Shown in pieces: positions 57,758 through 64,000 of a stretch of DNA of 64,000 nucleotides. Below the pieces are notes generated by a model. The model was not told where the DNA came from. It saw only the letters and a list, made by a program, of their open reading frames with translations, and searched no databases. This DNA comes from a virus, in the IMG/VR virus record IMGVR_UViG_3300010401_000002, positions 1-64,000 of that record; one strand, written 5' to 3'. Position numbers and translations under genes: made by a program. Position 1 is the stretch's first letter, and each line of letters starts with the position of its first letter.

Positions 57758-58973
57758 TCAACTCCAAAACACCACCCACCGACCCAATATCGTCACTGCC
57801 GTCTGCCTAATATAACAGACGCGATTCTGTTGGAAGTGGAAAGTAAGGGTTGTCATTTGATGTTTGATAAGGGGTAGGAATTAATAATAATGCCACATTC
57901 AATCTCTACCTTGTTGTCTAATGTATCATAGCCGTGTAACTCTTTAAAGTGGTTCGCGTTCTTTCTTATCTGGCTATGCTTATATGACGCTTCTTTCAAT
58001 GCCGAACCAACTTCATCAACACACTTAGCCCTTATATTAATTATCAATTGATTTCTAACCCTATCGGTTAATTTAAAATCAATAACGCTTTCTAACCACC
58101 TTACTATTCCTTCGCTTGTCTGTATCATTTCAAATTATATTTCTTTTTAATTATATCCATCGGTATTCTGTCCAACTCTTCTTTAAATTTAATCTGCCCA
58201 TTCAAGGCCTCCTGCATTTGTTCAGCCAATTCATCGCCAAACTCTTGCCGTATTTCTTCAATGGTCATTTCTTTGACAACGGGGTTGTTTCCACCAAAAT
58301 AATCATAATCTTGGTTTAAGCAGATGCAGTCTAAGAAATAGAATCCGCATTTATCGCAACGTAGTTCTTCTGCTGTGTCCATTACTTTTCCTCCAATAGT
58401 TTAATAAGTTTTAATACCCAATCTAAAGTTACGTTTTCTCTGACTTGTACTTGTTCCAAACTGTAATCAGAAATAGTTATTACCCACATATCTGATTCCT
58501 TATATGCTGTCACAACCGTGTCCGGGGCAATGTGTTTATAATAATCTATGCCATCTGGCGTAAATCCGTGTTGTAGTAGTTCGTTCACTTATTCAACTCC
58601 TTTACATATTCAATTATATCCTTAGTAGAACTTAGTTTTGATGGATGATTGCCTAACAATCTTTTTGCTATCACCTTTATTTCATTAAGTATGGCTACTT
58701 CTTCATCCTCTGTAATACCACAATCTTCATCGAACATAAAGAAGTCTGCTTCCGCTAAATGTATTGCCGAATGTATTGTGGCTATTTGTTTTATTTCTAA
58801 AGTTTTCATTTCTCTAAATGCCTATAATTTATCCTGTTATTCTCCGCCAACATTTCATACAGCCTTTCTAACAATCGGTTAGACTGTAGTGCCTTGAAGT
58901 ATATCCGTTCGTTTCGGGCCTGCTGGCCGAGGCGTTTGACGCGAAGGATTCTGTTGTTTATGTTGTTGTTCAT
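57758..58973 (-). other. run of small hypothetical genes
   Basis: Coupled ORFs 57758-57856, 57853-58128, 58125-58382, 58382-58588, 58585-58809, 58806-58973. Confidence 0.6.
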
Positions 58974-58979
58974 TGGGTA

Positions 58980-59522
58980 TTACAAATTAATCTTTTCCTT
59001 TAAAATAAAATCTCTAACCATAATATACCGCTCTTTAAAATCTGCATTTTTAATAGTTAGCTTTTCAGCCTTTCTTGTTGCTACTGATACTGCGCTATGA
59101 GAAATGTCGCTGTACTTTGCTAAATTCATGCAGCCCCTTTGATAGTTGCTTTCCTTTGCTTTTGGATAAACAAATTCAGATACCAAAAGAAAAATTAAAT
59201 AACGAACGTGGAGGTGTTCGTAGCACCTGCTTTTAGAAAATACAGATTCTTTTTTTACTTTCAGATACTCATAAACAGCATCTGCAATTTTCTCAATTGT
59301 TAATCCCTGTAAATCTTCGGGTTCTGTGTCCATTATTATTTTTTGCCTGAAAACAAGATAATCTTCAACCGAAAATCCGTTTACATGAAACTGAAACCAT
59401 CCGTAACTATCAGTGTATAGGCGACCTTCTTTACCATCCCAATAATAATCTTTTTGCGATACTTTTATTCGCTTTAGTTGTGGCATCTTTTCATCGTGCC
59501 CGTTTGTTGGGGATAGGTTCAT
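58980..59522 (-). CDS. protein with a DnaA C-terminal-like HTH
   Basis: IADAVYEYLKV...FSKSR...VRYLIFLL...SHSAVSVATRK resembles DnaA domain IV. Confidence 0.55.
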   Translation of the reverse strand: MNLSPTNGHDEKMPQLKRIKVSQKDYYWDGKEGRLYTDSYGWFQFHVNGFSVEDYLVFRQKIIMDTEPEDLQGLTIEKIADAVYEYLKVKKESVFSKSRCYEHLHVRYLIFLLVSEFVYPKAKESNYQRGCMNLAKYSDISHSAVSVATRKAEKLTIKNADFKERYIMVRDFILKEKINL

Positions 59523-60046
59523 AGCGTTGTTATTTCCCTCTGAACATACAAAACAACAACCTCACAAGCGGCCAATACAGATGCGCTTGCCAATGCTTTT
59601 AGTATCGCTTCGGGGTTGTCAAAGTATAGGATTTCCTTTTCCATGCCATCATCTATACGTACTTGGCTAAATCCTTTGCCGTTCCAATAATCACCGTATA
59701 TGTTGCGGATTGCGCTGCGTTGGGTCATTATAACAGTTTTTACTGTTTTTGTTGAACATAATTTACAAACGAATCTATGCTTATTGCCTAAGAAATGATT
59801 TCCACAACGGCTACATATGTTTTCATAGTTGCCGTTTTCTTTCTCGTAATCCTCTGGCCAATTGCCTTTGTATTGGAATAGGTCAGCAACCGATTGGTGA
59901 GGCGCAAGTGCGTAATCTGGGTGTGAACGTTGCCTTTCTTCTTTGTCCATACCTAACTCATTCGGATTGAACATTGCTTTGTGTATAGTTTCAAATACGC
60001 CTTTAATATACTCATTGTGAGCTTTGGCCTGTTCTTTATTTTCCAT
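59519..60046 (-). CDS. Zn-finger-containing hypothetical protein
   Basis: WPED...ENGNYENICSRC...VCKLC. Confidence 0.6.
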   Translation of the reverse strand: MENKEQAKAHNEYIKGVFETIHKAMFNPNELGMDKEERQRSHPDYALAPHQSVADLFQYKGNWPEDYEKENGNYENICSRCGNHFLGNKHRFVCKLCSTKTVKTVIMTQRSAIRNIYGDYWNGKGFSQVRIDDGMEKEILYFDNPEAILKALASASVLAACEVVVLYVQREITTL

Positions 60047-60048
60047 TG

Positions 60049-62947
60049 TTATTTATTTAACGTTTTTATCATTTCCTTAATTTCATCATCAACCGCGTCT
60101 GAATCAACCAATGCCCCAATACTTTCAGTGGCGCAATGGAAGCAAAATTCAATACTTACATAGTAGCTTTTTGCTATATTAGTTCCATCGTGCGTATCTG
60201 CCGAAGTGTAGTTTTTTAATTCAACTTTCTTTCCCTCCTTCAACCCTATTTCAAGTAGTTGCAGGAATCGTTTAATGTCAGCTTTTGTTACTAAATTCAT
60301 TTTGTTTCTGTTTATAAATTTCAATTATTTCCTTAAAACTCTCTTTAGAAATTCGTTTAATGTCATAGATTTTACACCACCTCATACAATCATCATAGTA
60401 GAAAGTTCCCCTATTCCCCTCCACCCTAACCTGTACCGTCTTTTGGGTGTAGCGGTTGTCGAGGCGGATTCGGGCGGAAACCACAAAGGAGAAATTCATT
60501 TTACTATCTTTAAATAATCCGTTTTATCCTTTGGATTGAAGTTGCCGTTTACTAATATGTTGCAGCAGATGTTGGCTAACATTGCGTTGGTTGAATGTTG
60601 GTGTGGCATACCTGCATTTTCCCACCCCATGTAAATATCTTCCATTATCTTAAAGTCATCGGTATTAAAGCCCTTTATGTTTTTATAATTACCGTCACAG
60701 TAATCACCATCTTTTCTTGGGTCAATACTATTACCTAATCTTATTTGAGATAACATTAACCCGCCACGCTGACAAACCTCGCAACCTTTAGGGAGGTTGT
60801 TTAGCCTTTGCTGAAAGATTTTCGCGTTTTTTGCATTGTCTGCAAATACCTCTATTGCGCCATCCCAATAGTTACGGCCTGCGCTAATCATTCCCCTTAC
60901 CACCAACTGCAAACAATCCCATGCAATCTCTAACCGCTTTCCTTCATCGGTTAATTCGTGAAATGCTTTGTTTCTTTTTTCTAAATTGCGTATCTTTTGA
61001 AGTACGCTTGTAAATTTGATTTGTGGAATGATTTTCATTTTGTGATGTTTTTATTTGTTATCTAATATTGCTTTAATTGCTCTTGCTTGTTGTAATGTAA
61101 TACCTAATGAACCGTAAGATGTTAAAACGTCTTTTATTTCTTTTTCGAGTGTGCGCTTTTCCTGCATATCCAATATGTGCTGCTTAGTTAAATATAATTG
61201 ATAGTTCCATTGGCTGTACTCTTTGTTTTCATACCTTAGATTTTCAAGAGTTATTTTATTTTGCCGCCAACTCACACTTTCTCCCTCAACCTCAAAATAC
61301 TTTCTCCCTACTTTAATAACCGTTACCTCTTTAATTTGCGGGGGTTCGTTTCTGCTGAACACTTCTCGGTATAATTTCTGCCCTACTTCTATTTTCATCT
61401 CAATGCCCTCACAATTAAATTCTTTCCCCCTACGTGCGTGTTAAGGTGTTCTTTCATTTCAACCGCTTTACTATAACTCCTTAGCGGGTTGCCGTTTAAA
61501 TCGCGTGATTTATATAATTCATCCGCGCCTGTTTCTGTTATCTGGAAGATAGCGAATAGGGCTTTCGTTTGGGTGTGGTGGCGTTTCATGCTGATTCCTC
61601 GCTTTCTTCTTCTTCTTCTTCATCGCCAAAGTCCCCTATAATATCCTTGCACAGTTTAAGGAGCTTTACTTTATACTTCTCTTCCGTTTCAGAAAGTTTA
61701 TTGTTATCTGCCATTGCGGTATAGTAATCTTGTAAATCGCGGTAGGTGTTTTCAAACCTACAATAACCCATGTTTGCCATTTTGTTTCTGATTTAATTGT
61801 TACCTGTTTATTTTTCTTGCTTTTCTCCCCGCCTTACTCTTTGCCCGATTCTTTCTTTGCTTCGGGGTTAATGGTGTCTTTGGGCGTTCCTGTTTGAAAC
61901 GGGGTGCAGGTGCGTTCATCATCGCTTCACCCAATGCTGCGAAGGCTGATAATTCTAAAAGTTTTGATTTGATGCTCATGCTGTTTTTGAATTTTGTTTA
62001 TTAATTATTTTAATCACATTGTTTACTTCTTTTTGGGACACCTTCATTATCCCGCTTCTCCTTACAGATGTTGGTACAAAATAGTAGTATCCTCTATCAT
62101 CCTTTTTAAAGGAGTTGCTTTTTATTAAATCAATTATATCTTTTTGTTTGCTGCTTAGTTTCATAGCGACCTGTCCCCTTCCCCTTTTTTGTCGGAATCT
62201 GATTTAACGTTGTCAAGATACGCAACCGTATTGGCATAGCTGAATCTTTCTATTTCTAAATCCATTACAGGCGCATCCATTTCTTCTGCCTCGTCAATAT
62301 TATTCCTGCGGCAATATGCTGCCGCTTCTTTTTGTGCTGTTTCCCGATTGTCGCACATTAGGTTTAATGTTCCTGCGCCTGTTGTTCCTTTCCATAATTG
62401 AAAGATGTAGTTATTCATGGTCGCCTCCTTCTGTTATATCGAGTTCCATATCGGGGAGTTCATTCTGCCTGTCAAGAAGTGCCAACTCTAACATTTCATA
62501 AAGCATTGGCGTTGCTCCGTATTTGTTGTAATGTTTTTCGAGCTGCCCATAGGGCATATCGTAATCCTTTGCGGTTTGGCTGATGAAAGGGCTTTTGTGT
62601 TCCATAATGTTTGAGCATTAAAGTGTTTGAGTTAAATTTTCCTTTGTCTTATTAATCAGTTTGCCACATTCTCTAAGTAACTCTGGCGTTAGTTCTACGG
62701 ATGAATCAATGGCGTTGTATAGCTTTTTGAGGGCGGTTAACAGTTCCCTATTCTGCTCCATCAACTCCACCGGGCTTAGACCTGTTTCATTAGCTACGTT
62801 GAAGGCTTCCGCGATTAGGGTGGCGTTGGCTATATCTTCCTGCTGTGAAAGTTCTTTTTCTTCATAGCCTGTATCATTGGTGTAGATAGAATATTGACCA
62901 TCTCCGTAGCTTCTTACTTTTACCGCTCCTTTTGTGTGATGCTTCAT
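60049..62947 (-). other. run of ~11 small early-type genes
   Basis: Coupled ORFs including 60496-61038, 61051-61398, 61586-61780, 61800-61979, 62618-62947. Confidence 0.6.
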
Positions 62948-62951
62948 GTCG

Positions 62952-63725
62952 TTATTTAGTTTTTAAATTTCTTTGATATTCCATAAGCCCCATAAATTCT
63001 TCCACCCATTCAACCGTTAATTTTACAACTCCGCTATTCTCTGGGGTCTTACCTTTTGATATTTGCATAAACCATCTTTCGGCAGGGCGTGAACCATCGG
63101 GAATTAATCCATTTAGTTTTTCTGATTCTTTGTAATAACAACCTTTACTTTTTGCAATTGTCCCGACTAAACAGCAACATTCACCTTCATAAACAGAACC
63201 ATCTACGCGGCCTTCTTTTAGTGCTTTTAATAAAAATGCGGTTTCGTTTGAGCGTAAAAGTATAGCCCAAATATCGTTTTTAAATGCAGTTAAATCCGCA
63301 TCAGTTAAATTCGCACGAGTTAAATTCGCACGAGTTAAATCCGCACGAGTTAAATTCGCATCAGTTAAATCCGCATCAGTTAAATCCGCACGAGTTAAAT
63401 CCGCACGAGTTAAATTCGCACGAGTTAAATTCGCATCAGTTAAATTCGCACGAGTTAAATCCGCATCAGTTAAATCCGCATCAGTTAAATTCGCATCAGT
63501 TAAATTCGCATCAGTTAAATTCGCATCAGTTAAATTCGCACGAGTTAAATTCGCACGAGTTAAATCCGCACGAGTTAAATTCGCCCTCCATTTTTCTTTT
63601 ACTTCAATCTCTTGTCTGATATACTCTTTTACGGTTTCGGCAATTGTGTTATTTTCTTTTTCGTATTCAAAGATTATACTGCCCGTCCAACGGTTTTTAA
63701 TACTAAGTTTAATTTTCTTTTCCAT
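62952..63725 (-). CDS. pentapeptide-repeat protein
   Basis: 20 A(N/D)LT(R/D) repeats between an IKNRWTG N-terminus and a GRVDGSVYEGECCCLVGTIA C-terminal domain. Confidence 0.92.
   Translation of the reverse strand: MEKKIKLSIKNRWTGSIIFEYEKENNTIAETVKEYIRQEIEVKEKWRANLTRADLTRANLTRANLTDANLTDANLTDANLTDADLTDADLTRANLTDANLTRANLTRADLTRADLTDADLTDANLTRADLTRANLTRANLTDADLTAFKNDIWAILLRSNETAFLLKALKEGRVDGSVYEGECCCLVGTIAKSKGCYYKESEKLNGLIPDGSRPAERWFMQISKGKTPENSGVVKLTVEWVEEFMGLMEYQRNLKTK
63286..63584 (-). repeat. 20 x 15-bp coding tandem repeat
   Basis: (TC/CG)AGTTAAAT(T/C)CGCA units on the + strand. Confidence 0.95.
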
Positions 63726-64000
63726 TTTATTTATTTTGTTTTTGAGTGTGAAATTTTACAATTCAATATTATATTCTTTTGCAATCTCCGTTGCCTGTTT
63801 CCATAACTTTCTTTTCTTTTTAAGCTGATACCATTTGCAGTTAATGTACTGACGGCAAATGATGGCTATTTTTATTGTTGCTGTGTTACGTGTCATGTGT
63901 GAACCTTAAACCCTAATTTTGTTAGTGTTTCTATTGCTGTATTGTAATCCTCCAATGTATCGTATTCGATTACATTATTGCTGCCATACGCGGCTTTTTC

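Noticed and set aside
63284-63619. 15-bp array as a CRISPR array, and the + strand LNSH/LNPH ORF
   Set aside because: No spacers or cas genes; it is the antisense shadow of the pentapeptide gene.
1-64000. Stop-codon reassignment as in some crAss-like phages
   Set aside because: Long genes are intact under the standard code, and TAG and TGA both end coupled genes.
1-64000. Diversity-generating retroelement, retron, introns or inteins
   Set aside because: No reverse transcriptase, template/variable repeat pair or split core gene was seen.

Overview
The whole window is bacteriophage DNA; I see no host genes. It looks like a podovirus of a Bacteroidota host, related to crAss-like phages in its virion proteins. 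Host evidence: TAnnTTTG (-7) and TTTG (-33) promoter boxes, A-rich ribosome-binding regions and Bacteroidota-type accessory genes. Layout: (1) 1-2.2 kb small genes; (2) 2.2-29.3 kb virion module on + (scaffold, major capsid, ring proteins, enzyme/HYR tail protein, muzzle-like protein, three ejection-type proteins including a 2807-aa protein with TPR and ADP-ribosyltransferase-like segments); (3) 29.3-34.2 kb terminase and portal, displaced from the capsid gene; (4) 34.2-36.8 kb minus-strand operon with a tyrosine recombinase and a small RHH-like regulator; (5) 37-41.7 kb fibre-like genes and six membrane proteins; (6) 41.8-57.1 kb + strand accessory/recombination genes (beta-clamp-like, YqaJ, secreted metzincin, secreted 701-aa protein); (7) 57.1-64 kb converging minus-strand small genes ending in a pentapeptide-repeat gene. 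Main unexplained signals: small +1-frame genes nested in the giant ejection gene (notably MPFKSKAQ...), a tail-fused and a secreted paralogue of one enzyme-like domain, promoter-and-terminator-bounded antisense sRNAs, and a tRNA-shaped non-tRNA element. All family assignments come from motif recognition by eye; no searches were run.
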